53,672 nucleotides of DNA, filler included, from Jimgerdemannia flammicorona (GCA_003990765.1; 2 parts of 2 records of this genome joined end to end with filler, not necessarily neighbours in it), one strand, 5' to 3'. Counted from the whole stretch's first letter, positions 39,001-52,574 are shown. Notes: generated from the sequence alone by a model not told the origin. Program-made: numbers and translations.

Positions 39001-41390
39001 TTCACCTATTATCCTCACCCTAAAGAAAGGAAGCAAACCTGGAGAGTTTGTGCCAAGACTCTGTATTGACTACAAGAAGCTCAATACTATCACCAAGAAG
39101 GATAGGCAGCCTTTGCCAAATATTCAAGAAATCCTTACCACCCTTAGAAGTGAAGCCAAATACTATACCACCTTGGATCTGTTCTCAGGCTTCCATCAGA
39201 TTAGTCTCACTCAAGATGCCAGTAAGAAATCAGCCTTCATTACATCTAATGCCATCTATATCTACCTGTGAATACCATTTGGAATGTGCAATGCCTCAGT
39301 AAGTTTTCAGTAAATGATGAACAGAGTCTTCAGCAATGAGATTGGAAAATGGCTCTTTGTCTATATTGATGATGTGATTATCTTCAGCAATACTGCATGG
39401 GAACATGTCAATTATATACAGCTAGCCCTCAAGAAGCTTAAGGAGCATGGTCTCTACATCAAGCCCAAGAAATGCAAGTTTACAGCTCAAGAAATCACCT
39501 ACCTAGGACACTTCATCAACCAGACCAGAATCCACACAGACCCCATAAAGATCAAGGCTGTTGTAGCCTACCCAAGACCCAGAACAACTACAGAAGTCCA
39601 TGCCTTCCTTGGACTGGCCAGCTACTATAGAAGATTCATCAAAGGATACTCCAACATTGCAGTACCTATCTATGAGCTACTGAAGAAGGAGACTAAATTC
39701 GAATAGACCAAGGAGTGCTAAGAAACCTTCAATGAACTCAAGACCAGGTTGACCCAAGCACCTATTCTCAGAAGACCAGATTGGAATCTAGAATTCATTC
39801 TACAGACAGATGCAAGTGCTATAGAACTTGGAGCAGTTCTAGCTCAGAAGAAAGATAGACATAAATATGACATCTCCTATACAAGCCAAGGTATCTACAG
39901 AGCAGAACAGAACTACGAGTTATGCAAGCTCAAATACTTAGCAGTAGTTTGGGCAGAGACAAGTTCCACTACTACCTAGCCAGGAAATACTTCACTATTC
40001 AAACAGACCATTCTGCTCTTGCCTGGCTATTTTACACTCTGAACCCCAAAGGAATATATGCTAGATAGATCTACAGATTGCAAGAGTATGACTATACTGT
40101 CAAGCACTGCTCAGGAAAGACCAACACCAATGCTAATACACTCTCAAGGACACCTCAAAACACTCTCATCAAGACTATTCAATATGAATAAGGAGCTATA
40201 CTATGAATTAATCAGCTATCTTGGGCAGTGGAAAATGCCCAACCACCTTGAACTTTGAACAATCACCATCATCAACCAGACTTGGAAACAGTTTGAACTA
40301 GACAACACTACACTCAGAAAAGGAGAAAAGCTAGTAATACTCAAATATAAGAAGTATCAAGTAATGAAGGAAGTATATGAGCAAGGACACCTAGGAGGAA
40401 TCAATATATATGACAAGGTAAGAATAACTATGTGGTGGCCCAAGATGGAAGAAGACCTATACCAATTTGTCAAAGGGTATGACAAGTGCCAAAAACAGAA
40501 ACAAGATCAGTAAGACCAGATACCTAGATCATTAAGAATTGAGCCTATCCCCTTCCACCACATCACAATAGATATCATTGGACCACTATCAGTAACATTA
40601 TCAGGAAACTGCTATATTATAGTTATTATAGACCTCTTCACCAAATGGATAGAGACAGGAGCATTACAAAAAGTCAATGTCCTCTCTATAGCTGACTTCC
40701 TGTACTAAGAAATCATCTGTCACTATAAGACACCAAAGAAAATTACAACAGACCGCAGAATGGAATTTGTCAATGGATTCTACAAGATAATGTATCAGAA
40801 ATATAAGATCCAGCACATCAAGACCACTGTGTACCACCCTCAAGGAAATGGACAAATAGAGAGAACCAACAAGACCCTCAAGAATATCCTAGTGAAGATC
40901 TCAGAGACATATGAGAATTGGAATAACTATCTCCCAACTGCCCTCTCTGTCCTATGAGACATATGGTCACAGAGCACACACTTTACCTCAAAAGAGCTGC
41001 TCTTCAGAGAAGAAGATTCTGATGGAGCCTCAGCCACAAATCTAGACCTAACTTGGAGATGGGTTGATGCAGAAATCTGGAGACTACACCAAATCAGGAA
41101 GAAGGCTGAAGATTATATTACCAAGTTACAAGTACTAATAAGGAAGAATGTGGAAAAGAATCACAAGGCCCTAGAATCTATCCAAATTAGAGAAAAGGTT
41201 CTACTGTATTGAAATATAGTAGAAGCTTCATGGTCATGAAAACTGAAGCCCAAATGGGAAGGACCCTTCTATGTATAAGATATCAAGAGAACCACCTTCT
41301 GGCTTAGAAAAATCTCAGGGACCATACTGCCTACCAGTACAGGAACAGACTCAAGAAGTACTACAAACCTATACAAGAGAAGCAAAATGT
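36100..41390 (+). pseudogene. pol: Gag-pol of element C: gag, CCHC knuckle, protease, CPHG module, dUTPase, RT, RNase H, integrase (no chromodomain)
   Basis: CFRCGEEGHYAKNC; IIDTSAGG protease; dUTPase RSSLAK, GGVIDPDYTGEI, RGEQGFGSTG (38265-38675); RLCIDYKKLN, YIDDVII; TDASAI; HPQGNGQIERTN; ORF pieces from 36269 to 39979 share one frame. Confidence 0.93.
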
Positions 41391-41740
41391 GATGACCGCC
41401 CATGAGGTTCTAGTCCATGAATTATAATAGCATGTCCCATGACCAGTAGACTATCTGTCTGGACCATTCTCTAAGGGATACAGCACTGGCAACTACTCAT
41501 CCATGAGACTTTCGAAGTCAGAGGAGTTCGAACTGTCAACTGATTGGTCAAGATCAGAATCAGGCCCTTGCTCTATATGAAGGGAGCAATCCTTCACCAT
41601 TATACCAAAATACAAAGAGAAGACACCAGCCCATAAACACTACTTTTTGACTCTTTGCCAGAGGTTATGAGATCAGCAAATTTTTCAGAACTGGACTAAT
41701 GAATAAGGATACTTGAGAAGATCCTTATTCAGGAGAAAGA

Positions 41741-43249
41741 TATAATGGTGACTCCAGAATGATGACATCAGTATAAAAGATAGCCTTTCCTTGTAAGCCA
41801 CTAAATTGGAGCACAAGAAGATCATATGGTATATGAAATGAGCAATGATGACCAACTGTAAGTCATTGTGACCACAGTATAAGCATCCTGAAGAATATAA
41901 AGAAGGATCAAGGAACTGCAGTAGCAGCAACCAACAAGAACCACCAATCCCAAAATAGCTCAAAGACTTACTACAAACAAAATGCCTGCTGCTTGCCAAA
42001 CCTCAAGATCAAGAAATCATCAAGATATCTCAGTTGAGAAAAGGATGTTCTAAGACATCAGAAGAGCCATAAGGACCCACTCAAGAAGGACTCCCAGTAT
42101 CAACCTGGGTACTGCAGACCCTTATCACTATATCCTCTACTACTGTGAAATGGAAACCAGAATCACTATTGCTACTGAATGCCTCCAAATATGGCAGGAG
42201 TATGAAATAAGAAACCTCCTCTGCCAGGAGTTCCCACAAGCCAGCACTCAAGAGCTACAAGATGCCATCCCCATAGATATATGTGAAACAAGGACAGCTA
42301 AGAAGATCCATCAGATCTTTAGGCATGCACTATGATTGATCCCCAACTTGGAGTATATTAGAGTCTCAGATTTCAGGGACCTGTCATCCTGCCATATCAA
42401 TACACTAGAAGCCAGAGTGGCTACAGGAGCCCAGTCTACTATCACCCTCAACAGTGATGAAGTAGAAGACTTCTGGCATCTCATCCTTCAGGACAACCCA
42501 GACTAATTCCTGCAAAAATTGATCTCAGTATTCTAAGGCCCAAGTATCTGAGTTAGATCTCCCCAAGACCTCACATTTGTCTCTTATTTTGTAGAAGAGA
42601 ACCTCATAGATTGGAGAGCCCCTGATTTCCCCACCAAATATGATGACATCATTGGCAATGACATCATCCTATATAATATTGAGGCATGCGAAAATGACAA
42701 ATTCGCAGATCTCATTTCCTTTAGTAATGATGATGATGATAAAGCCCCCATGATTCTGAACTTTCTGCTCTAAGTTCTTGTTATACTGAATAATGCCAGC
42801 ACTGATATTTTGATATAACACTAGATAATACCAGTACTAGTATTTTGATGTAATACCGAATAATGCTAGCACTGGTATTCTGATATGACACTGAATTATA
42901 CCAGCATCCTGAACCTGTACAACCATCAGTGCTGACCCTGGAACTTAGTAGTTTTAGTTATTGGAATTTATATTTAGCTTTATATCTTAGCAATCATTGA
43001 ATTATATTTTGTATAAATACCCCTCTTATTTCCTCTGAAATAAAGTCAGTTCTGGTTTCACTTATACATACTTCCTTATAAGCAATCTAAGAGATAACAA
43101 GACAGTTAAAGATAAGAAGTTTGAGGACTATAAGACCTTGGGAAGGCACTCCAATAAGAACTTGCTTATAACAAACTTGAGTTAGTCTAAGAGATACACC
43201 TTGAAGAGAATCTGGCATATTTGAAGGACTCAGCAACCACTATGTGACA
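41741..43249 (+). repeat. 3' LTR of element C (1509 bp), with accessory ORF copy 41982-42773
   Basis: Follows the PPT; starts TATAATGG (mutated TGTAATGG), ends TGTGACA. Confidence 0.93.
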
Positions 43250-43505
43250 ATAAATACCCCTCTTATTTCCTTTGAAATAAAGTCAGTTCCAGTTCATTTA
43301 TACTCAATTTCATGCAAGCAATCTAAGAGATAACAAGACAGTTTAAAGATAAGAAGTTTGAGGACTATAAGACCTTGGGAAGGCACTCCAATAAGAACTT
43401 GCTTATAACAAACTTGTAGTTAGTCTAAGAGATACACCTTGAAGAGAATCTGACATATTTGAAGGACTCTGCAACCACTATGTGACAATAGATAAAAAGT
43501 ATGAT

Positions 43506-43806
43506 TAGTGCTCCCAAACGAATCGAATCGAATTGAGGATTTTTGGATTTGAATTGAATTGAATCAAATTAAGGTCCGGTTCGAATCGAATAAGGTCCGA
43601 CATATCCAATTTGATTAAATTTTTGTTTTTTGTTTTTTGTTTTTTGTTTCAAACTTTGAAATATGATTCCTCGATGGAAACACATTTGAATTTAATGAAT
43701 TTTATTGTGCTGGATTCACCTATATAAGGCAAATACAACAAGCTAAATATCATTAAATTTTGAATTTTAATCGAATCGGACCTCAATTCGATCGTTCCGA
43801 GCACTA
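43506..43806. mobile_element. hAT-like MITE, 301 bp
   Basis: TIR TAGTGCTC...GAGCACTA, CGAAT/ATTCG subterminal repeats, imperfect 8-bp flanks AGTATGAT / AATGTGAT. Confidence 0.8.
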
Positions 43807-45499
43807 AATGTGATATATTTCAAAAACGAGTAACGTGCTAATCCTGGTAGTTCAGAGTAATCATTTTACAGCAAGAATAGACAATCACCCCCCAGTTGTA
43901 AGCCGTCGGAACCCTCGAAGACAGCGGCGCGCCTTTCGAAAACTCCTTCATCCCTCTGCCTCCAAGCTCCGCCTCCAAGAAGGCGAAGTCTTCCGAGACG
44001 AAATAGTCCAGCAGACATGACATCTGCGGTGATATCGAAGCTGCTGTTTCGCTAGCTCCTTGTTGCAGGTGAGACCCGACACCCGAAGCGAATGCCAGGA
44101 CCGCTGATGTCGCGCTAGAAATTATCTCTGCTCTCGACGAGGAGCCATGCCAATAAATTTATGGGGTGAGGTTGTAAATTTCAATAGAAGCAGATTGTAT
44201 GGGCTAATAATGTAAGAAAAGAAACAAGTGTAAGGTAAAGATGGAGGCGACGGGAATGATTGCGAATAAATTCTTGGTAACGTCGAGGGCAACATACCTT
44301 GTGTGTGAGATATCAATGCAGATAAACTGGCACTGAGGTTGTTCAATACCTTTTATACTTTGCAAACGTAGCGACAAACACCTAATTGACATTATTTTTC
44401 TTGTTTTCGGAATTAATCAGAACAAAACAGCATACGTATTGTAATGCATAGTTGTAAGTCATGGATATATGAGAAACCTAACACGGCCTCATTCGGCGCA
44501 CCCATGTTAGGGTAGCAGCTCCTGGGTTGATTCACGTAAGGTGACATGCTTCACCGATAACGAAACCGTCACGATAAGACTTGAAATGGCATGGGACCCA
44601 TGGAACTCGAATGCACCAACGGTCCAAGATTTTTGCCCCATTACCATTAATGAAATTCCGCCTCTATTTGCGCTGTTTAAACCAGCGCCCGTTGAAATGG
44701 TCTCATGTTGTTTTTCGGGATTCAAACCTCTCGCTTTTGATTGATCATGGGGACCTGGGACGGTCGCAGGTTCCACGAGCCCGAACGTCCCCCCCGCCTC
44801 CCCCTGTTATGAATACTATGAATACACTGAATACATTTCTGTTTGTTCCACGCGACCCTGACAACTGCTGCGGATCGTGTCCAACTGAATGAGTCGCTTG
44901 TCGCAATTATTGAAACAACGAATTCATCTAGTGCGTGGGCTTGCTGTTGATTGAAAATCGTAAGATTGTCTATATATCAAAATTCCCGAACCGTGGTAAA
45001 TGCTACAAGCCAAAAGTCCTTTTCGGGAACCCCATTTCCCAACAAAGAATTGTCGCGAGAGCTCTTGAAGTTTCACGCCAAAGTTAGCGCGTGATTACCA
45101 GTGTAAAAATAAAAAATAAAATAAAAAAGGTTATTGCGAGGGATAATAACTTATTTCGGAAGCCCTGAGCATTTACACCCACGACCACCTCTTTTGTTGT
45201 ACCAATATAGAAAACATTATATTTACTTAAACGTCGCGCTTCATCACTTGACGAAACTGGGGAAAAAAAAAAAAAAAAAAAAAAACCCCCGCAGTAAAGG
45301 AGCTAGCAGTATGAGAATGAGTCAATAGAGGGACCAAACGTCGCATATCTCCTGTCAAGCCAACACACCACGCATAGAAGGAATCCGACAATTTAATATG
45401 ATGCCGCCCAATAGAAATCTATCAACCACGTGATCAGATCGAGGACTAGAAACCCTCTAATTATGTTGAGTAAAAAACTCCGCACTCGGACAATAAGCT

Positions 45500-45593
45500 T
45501 TAATGCCGAATATGTATATATCGTCCGAAGTTCCGATAAGCTTTAAGCAGGGAACCTTAATGCCGAATATGTATATATCGTCCGAAGCTCCGA
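45500..45593. repeat. Two ~37-bp direct repeats, period 57 bp
   Basis: TTAATGCCGAATATGTATATATCGTCCGAAG(T/C)TCCGA twice. Confidence 0.85.
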
Positions 45594-45671
45594 ATTCGTC
45601 GACGATAAGAAATTCCCGACGCCATAGTATTCCTCCGCAGTCATCTCGTGTACCGTCCGCAAGCAATGAGC

Positions 45672-45703
<32 letters not shown>

Positions 45704-46902
45704 CTGTCTCTGCAACGTTCCTCTTATGAACAAGGATACATAATGCGAGAGAGATTGATGTGCGGACTCAAACGCAGACGAACTCAAACGTCCGGCTTAT
45801 TGTGTTGGTTGTGCGTTTGCTTTGAATGTAGAGGTGAAGTAGGGCATATGTTGCAACTAACGGTGTAAGATAAACGGATGTTGCATTGCGTTTGGAATAA
45901 CTACCACCTACCTTAAGGTGCAATTATTCAAAAAGGCTTAGCCGTTCGAGATTTAATATTCGCAAATTAGATATCCGGTAGAGGCTGTTCAAATTCAGAA
46001 ACCAACTCTTTTTGCAAGGCCTGGTCATATGGCGTAGCCTCGGATAAGACCCCCAGAACCGCACATAGGACGGCACTGTCATCTCTGCGGGTCGAGTTCG
46101 TATTCAGGTTGTACATGCCGAGAGGGTGTACGTGAGAATTATGTTAAATAGGAAGTTCGCATGACTCATGATGTTAAAATGCGAAAATCGGCTAAATTGC
46201 ATGGCATTGATAATAGGAAAGTAATGCAGTCTGTTCCTTACCGTGGTCTGTTAGCGGAATCGGAATTAGGTTATATTTATTAATAATACGGCCAGTTGAA
46301 CAAAAAGGTAACTGTTGTCAGGCTTCAGAACACAAATTATAATTTTCCATCATGGGTCTGATCTGACAGTCAAATATGCCACACAGATGATTCGAGATGC
46401 ATAGTGGCGCTCTGCGGTAACACCAAACATGGATCCACTTGGCTCTTGAACTATTTTCGGCCGGTTTAACCGGATAAGTGTGATGCCAGATGTGATTAAC
46501 CCGCAGACCAATATAAAAACACATAAATAGCAAGTTGTGAGTGTTGATTTCAGTATATCTTTATCACACTTTGCACGGAAAATAATAACGTGAGATTCTC
46601 TATAATATAGGTTCCTTTATCATCGAACAGGACACCCTTGGTTATGGATACCCCCCCAAAAATCACACAAACAACCAAGCGCGTTATTTTATCTGAACAA
46701 AGCAATGGCAGTAACATTGACGATTTATTGTCGATAACCGAGATCTACCTCGAAGAGAAAGTAAGGAAGACCGCTTTAACAACCGATGTCCATGTAATTA
46801 TATTTTGTGGGGAATTGCGCCCCCTAAATATTTCAGTTAATATTAAGCCAACATTCGCCGTCTAACAAATAATGTGCACAAATACACCAGGACCCTGCCG
46901 AA

Positions 46903-47187
46903 ATGGCAATCGTTGTTGTAAACCGGTCTCCGTTGGACGACACCACCCCAATCGCCTCGCTCCAAAACTACCTCCTCAACTCGGACGATTTCGCCCGGCA
47001 CGAACGAGAGCTTGACGGGAATGGCATGGCCGAGTTCAATGCATATGCAATTCGACGCCTCAATGATTATCACGCCGCCCCCGTGGCGTTGCCAGTCGTG
47101 CGCTTAGTGGTCGCGGTTCTGGAACTTGGGTTGCGGGGAGCTAGGGATGCTCTGTTGACTATTCGACAGAAGGGCCAAAGACTATAA
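46903..47187 (+). CDS. Possible small hypothetical protein (94 aa)
   Basis: GC-rich ATG ORF in AT-richer surroundings; no recognisable motif; 3' end overlaps a tandem repeat. Confidence 0.3.
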   Translation: MAIVVVNRSPLDDTTPIASLQNYLLNSDDFARHERELDGNGMAEFNAYAIRRLNDYHAAPVALPVVRLVVAVLELGLRGARDALLTIRQKGQRL

Positions 47188-47324
47188 CGGAACTTGGGTT
47201 GCGGGGAGCTAGGGATGCCTTGTCGACTATTCGACAGAAGGGCCAAAGACTATAACGGAACTTGGGTTGCGGGGAGCTAGGGATGCCTTGTCGACTATTC
47301 GACAGAAGGGCCAAAGACTATAAC
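47121..47324. repeat. Tandem repeat, 3 x 68 bp
   Basis: GGAACTTGGGTTGCGGGGAGCTAGGGATGC...GGCCAAAGACTATAAC at 47121, 47189 and 47257; copies 2 and 3 identical. Confidence 0.95.
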
Positions 47325-47933
47325 AGCAGCATTTACAAGTATATCCGAGCATGCTGCTTAACTCTATGCTGATTATAACTCTATGCTGACTATAACTGAG
47401 ATATATGCACGTCGACTGCTCGATTATGTCTTATGAATTGTCAATTAGTATAAATTATGTATATATATATCTGATGGTGGAAAGGGCCCTCCATCTTCGT
47501 TTGCGCGATATCTTTTGTTTTTAACATTTTGGTTGGTTGGTTTAAGTCGCTCGAAATATTGATTTGATTTGATTTGAGATGTAATTATGAAGTCACCAGG
47601 CATTTATATAATAATAAATTTGGCAGAGGTATGGAGTTTATATTTCCTTGACATCCCTCTATATTCAAATCCAAATGACAGCTGAAAGTAGAGCCACTAT
47701 TTCCAGTCATTCGATCGCGCTTCTATCAACTCGCAACCCGAGTATAAATTTGTCAAAAATTAAAGTTCATTCACATTGGTTTTTGTTAAATATAAGGAGC
47801 TCGTTTATCAAACGCAGAGATCACAACCCTTAAATTCGCAAAAGATAATGATTGCAATACTGCATCCGATGAATATGTATGCTACCTTCAACCAAAATTA
47901 TCAACCAACATATCCAGTAGCTACGTTCGACAT

Positions 47934-49368
47934 TCACGAACGCACGCCGTTATCTGTCAATTCGAATTTGATATACAAATTGGAACGATGCAACTCATTT
48001 CATATATATTTCACGGACGGGCATGCCATAACACACCTTGAATCAGATTCCAAACCATGACGCCGCCCAAGCTCTGCGCGTTGATGTAAGTCCACATTAA
48101 CCTTGAGCGAATCCGGGTTGTCGTAAGAAATGAACATCATGGTGGTCGAGTTGAACAACCACGGCTGAATAGCAGTGCCAGCAAAAAATAGTAAAGTTTC
48201 AGTCAGTCAGAAAGCGAAAAGTAAAGATAAAAATAGACCATAACAATTGTCCACTAACCGTCTTGCCAGCCTCATCCCAGGTCCTGACCCCCTGCGTGAG
48301 AACTTCCTGATTTCTCAAGTACTTCCACTTCCAAATGCTTGAAAATACCTCCGGTAAACCACACGGATCTGCCCACGGTGTATCATCGCTATCTCCCTTC
48401 GGAATGGTCAGCGCATGCGGTGCAAACATATTCCCACCAGATGGCGCCTGCGTTGCCGTGAGAGACCTGCAGGGACACTAGCTTTGATCCAAGTCTGAGC
48501 AGCGACCGCGAAACCGAAAGGTTCGCCACCCACGGCGTTAAAGGGTGCGTTTGGACCTGTCTGGATTGACCAGCTGCCGAAAATGTCGTAAGCCATGATT
48601 TTAAAGCGATTAACCAGCGGGACAAGGTGCTGAGGTTGGTGGAGGGAACTCCGTTCACGATGAAGGGCTGGACGTTGACTGCTAAGGAGATGTCTTTGGT
48701 ATCGGCGCCGTATTTGCTATCGAAAGTGGCGCGGAGATTGGTGAGGAGCTTCAGGAAGTTTGGAGTGGAGGAATACCAATATCATATTAGTATTGACTGC
48801 GCTTGACTATTCTTTTTGGCTACATAACCATAAACTCGGAAACCTACTCCCAATCGACATCAATCCCATCTAGTCCATACGTATTAATTAACGATGTGCA
48901 TTGCTCTATAAAGCGAGTGCGCCAGCCTGCATCCGCCGCCATGACCGAGAAATATGACGAGCCCGTCCACCCGCCAACCGAAATCAAGACCTTGACGTTT
49001 TTAGTGTGCGCGAGCCCGACGAGTGTCTTGAGGGTGTCCTGGCTCGTGAAGGTGATATTGTCGGAGTGGTCCAGAATGGCGAAAGCGTAGTTTATGTGCG
49101 TGATCTTGTCAAATGGGACATCCTGCGGGGCCAGCTGGCTGACCGTCCAATCCGTGTAGTAACCGACGACAACTTTGCCGCCTGGAGAGTGGTGAGATTT
49201 TGAACGGCAAATGCGCGTTCGTTTGGTCGACAATGTAGATACCGTCGCTGTTGCAGTGCCCGTCGATGTCGTGGGAACGGTGTGCTTGTTTTCGTTGGCC
49301 TTTGCAGAGATTATGGCTAGGATTGCTGCGGCTAGAATCTTGAGCAGGAGTTTTGTGCAGTACTTCAT
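47934..49368 (-). pseudogene. GH18 chitinase, probable pseudogene
   Basis: Signal-peptide-like start, ITHINYAFA, SVGGW, LDGIDVDWE, MAYD, TGPNAP, ISYDNPDS, LGGVMVW; frameshifts at ~48625, ~48460 and ~48088 and missing segments. Confidence 0.85.
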
Positions 49369-50597
49369 AATCACTTTACTTTGATGAGAAGAGATAACTG
49401 AGACGTTCTCTACCACTTACAACAATTGTTCCCGCTTTATATCTACTATTTAGCTAATATATTCGTTTCATCTCGGTTACCAAATGTTATAGGAACCTGA
49501 AATTAGGTTTCGTGTCATAATCATGATACACGTGTTGAACACATACTGTAAATCATACGAATTTATTGTTTCGTTAGGTGATCCTTGCGTCAGTATAATC
49601 GGTCAATTCCAAGTGCAAGAATCTTAACACACATATTTATTTATCCGATTGTTTGGTTGTAAGACACCTCGACAACAAGGGAATATTTCGATAGATTAGC
49701 GCGAAGACAGTGAGAAAACAGAGTGCTATTTTGCTTGCATATATACACTTTCTTCTCGACTATTTGTCTTCGACCGCTTGTTTATAATAAGCGCGTTGTA
49801 CCAAACCATCTTTTTCCTCGTTCCCAACTTTGCAGTATCTCCACGACATACACCCCAGTAACGCCATCGGCCATGCTACGTACTAGACCGCTTTCGCATA
49901 CACCTGAATCTTTTATAAACTATCACTAGCAGGTTATGTGACCCAGGTCGAAAAAACTAACCAAGGCGTTTATCGCTCGTTCCATCCGGAAACCTGGTCT
50001 GCGTGAGAGGCTAACCTCACAAACTCAAATAGCACCCCCCCTTCTCTCCCTTCTATAATTGCAGGTGCCTGATGTTTGAGTATACAAGAGTTACTTGATG
50101 CTTGCTTTAATCAGATGCTCCTTTTGTAACCAGATTTCCAGATTCCGCTTACCGTGCAAACATGGACCCTTGTGCGGCACAAAATTACAAGGATGAATTT
50201 TCTTAATACACTAGGCCTTATATCTGTTCCTCGTCATCCGCTGTTCTGTAGACAATACGCTTCGCTTGAGCGTAACTTCTGGGGGGGAAGGTGGCACTAA
50301 TGACACAGAAACTACGAACTAGAGAAGATAAAGCATCGATCTTGCGCCAAATAAATCATGAAATTTCAAAAAGTCTAGATTTTGCGCCAACAGAACTATA
50401 TACAAACTACAAAAGACGCTGATTTCAGAAGATAAGCATATGAAAGGCAACAAAACGGAGATAACTTATTTTTAGATTTTATAAACGTAATTCGGCATCA
50501 TGTGCCAATCTCTCGACGTCGAGGGACGGGACTGGTGGCAAGTGCTCAATCTCTACGACTTTCTGCCAACCCGTGTTAGCTGGTTCCATACATCGCC

Positions 50598-52574
50598 ATG
50601 ACGTGCCGAGCAAAATTGGCAAGGCTCAACCGAACGCCATTGCATGGCAGCCACGATTTTGACACCTACCATTTATATTCGCAGGAACGAGTGGCCCTCT
50701 TTAAGACATCCGATAACTCTTCCTTGCATTATCGCAACGGAATGAAGGACCTTGGCGACTTCCACAGCAACCCCTCTCTCACCGGCTTGCTTCCGCACCT
50801 GGACGAAGCGGACACCTTGATAAACCAGCTCTGCAACACATCTCCACCCCCTGTGTTTGAACACGACCAGGAACCATCCCGGCCCGTTCAACAATCTCGC
50901 CCCGAACCCCCGTGCCATTTTCAATCAACCTACTACTACCACCGCCACGACACCGAATTCCAAGCGCCCCCATGTACCCCTTCTCCCCGTCCACGCCGGC
51001 GCCCCCTCCGCGACCACCTCCGCATCCTCCTCGCAGATCTCATCTCCCTCGTTGTTTCCACTACCCTCGTCGCCATCCTCGTCGCTCTCTCCTTCGCCCA
51101 AGACGCTCCATCCTATCCGTTTCGTTACTTCGTCCGTCTTCTCCACCTCCCGATACTGCAAGATCCTGCCGACGACCCCTCGGACCCCAATGAGGCCATC
51201 ACTAGGGAAGAGGGATGCTATGCGCATCGGTGGGGGTACCACTGGGAGGAGCATCACATCGTCACGGAGGACGGTTTTATCCTTAAGATGTACCGCGTGG
51301 GCCGCGTCGCCTCTTCTACCCCTATGCTGCCTCCGATTTTGATTGTGCACGGCCTATTCCAGTGCTCGGGCGCTTTTGTGTGCAACGAGCGGGAGTCGTT
51401 GGCATTCTGGCTCGCTGATCGCGGGTATGACGTATGGCTTGGGAATAATCGCGGCGTTGATGCTTATACCGATAGGGGGCATTTGGACTTGCACCCACGT
51501 GATCCGGAATATTGGGATTGGGGACTGCGGGAACTCGGGGAGAAAGATTGGCCGGCGATGGTTGATGCCGTCAGAACTTGGACAGGAAGGGAGAAGGTAA
51601 GTATTTTTTGCGACAAAATTGTTGAATAGCTACGCTGGAACTCGAAGTTAAAATCCCCATTATTTGTTATATATATATATATATGCAACTAGATTGCCTT
51701 CGTAGGGCACTCACAGGGTAATGCGCAGGGTTTCATTGGCCTGTCGCTGAGTCCCAATATGGCTAAAAAACTAAGCTGCTTTGTGGCGTTGGCCCCTGCA
51801 GTGTTCTCTGGTGGATTGGAAAAGTATATGTTCTATTCGAAACAATTTATTAAAGTACGACAACATTTTGTGCCATTTTGACAAAAGTCCTGCCTCACCG
51901 TTATTTGTGTGCTCTCCACAGAACCTTTCCATTCAAGCAAATCGCAAACTTTGAAAGATCTCGGTTCGAATTCATCTTTGGTACGCTTTCAAATTTGAAA
52001 TCCTCGAGCTGCTCCCATCACATCATCTAATATTCCATCTACACCTTCCCAAGCCACCTCCGCTTTCATGCCCCTCATGCACCCAACCCAATACTTCTTT
52101 CCTCCGGTCATCTTCAGCATCCTTGCTTACCAAATGTTTGCGTACCTGTTCTCCTGGCACGACACCTACTGGCTCCGCCGCCGGAAGATTAAATATTTCC
52201 AATTCACCCCGCGATCCACCAGCGCACGCCTCCTCCGCGACTGGATGGACGGGTGGGGAAGGAAGGGGGTTTGTGCGTTCGTCAATGGTGAAGGTGTTGA
52301 AGCGGATGGCATCGACGGAGATGAAAGGAAGAAGGTGCCGTTCGGGGTATTTTATGGCACAGAAGATCACCTCGTCGATGCTGGCAGATTGGTGAAATTG
52401 TTCGAGAGCAATGGGCAAAAAGAAGTATGTCGCCCGGCCTTTGTAGACTGTTTGGATCTGATCAAGGTTGTTAGCGTGGAGGGATATGAGCATATGGATG
52501 TCGTTTGGGCTAGAGATAGTAATGAGACGGTGTTTGGAGGTGTAGAGCAGATTTTAAAGGGGGCGGCGTGGTAG
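50598..52574 (+). CDS. Alpha/beta-hydrolase lipase / steryl-ester hydrolase (Tgl1/Yeh, acid lipase family); exons 50598-51596, 51693-51823, 51922-51980, 52054-52574
   Basis: TEDGFIL, VHGL, GYDVWLGNNRG, GHSQG nucleophile, DHLVD Asp, YEHMD His; three GT-AG introns keep the frame; hydrophobic N-terminal anchor. Confidence 0.92.

Larger units (their letters stand above)
34536..43249 (+). mobile_element. Element C: full-length defective non-chromoviral Ty3/gypsy element with dUTPase and 1.5-kb ORF-containing LTRs
   Basis: LTRs 34536-36046 and 41741-43249, ATAA target duplication, PBS TGGTGCCCA at 36050, PPT AGGAGAAAGA 41731-41740. Confidence 0.95.
29160..43487 (+). mobile_element. Element D: older C-family Ty3/gypsy copy (RT-RH-IN, PPT, 3' LTR 33263-34535 joined to 43254-43487), host of two nested insertions
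   Basis: Colinear with 39240-43249; LTR TGTAAC...TGTGACA split by element C. Confidence 0.9.

Noticed and set aside
43830..44150. GC-rich short ORFs next to the MITE
   Set aside because: No recognisable domain or gene structure
45500..45593. Two 37-bp repeats with a 20-bp spacer, superficially CRISPR-like
   Set aside because: Only two units, eukaryotic context, no cas genes
47121..47324. 68-bp periodic repeat as a CRISPR array
   Set aside because: Whole units are repeated with no unique spacers
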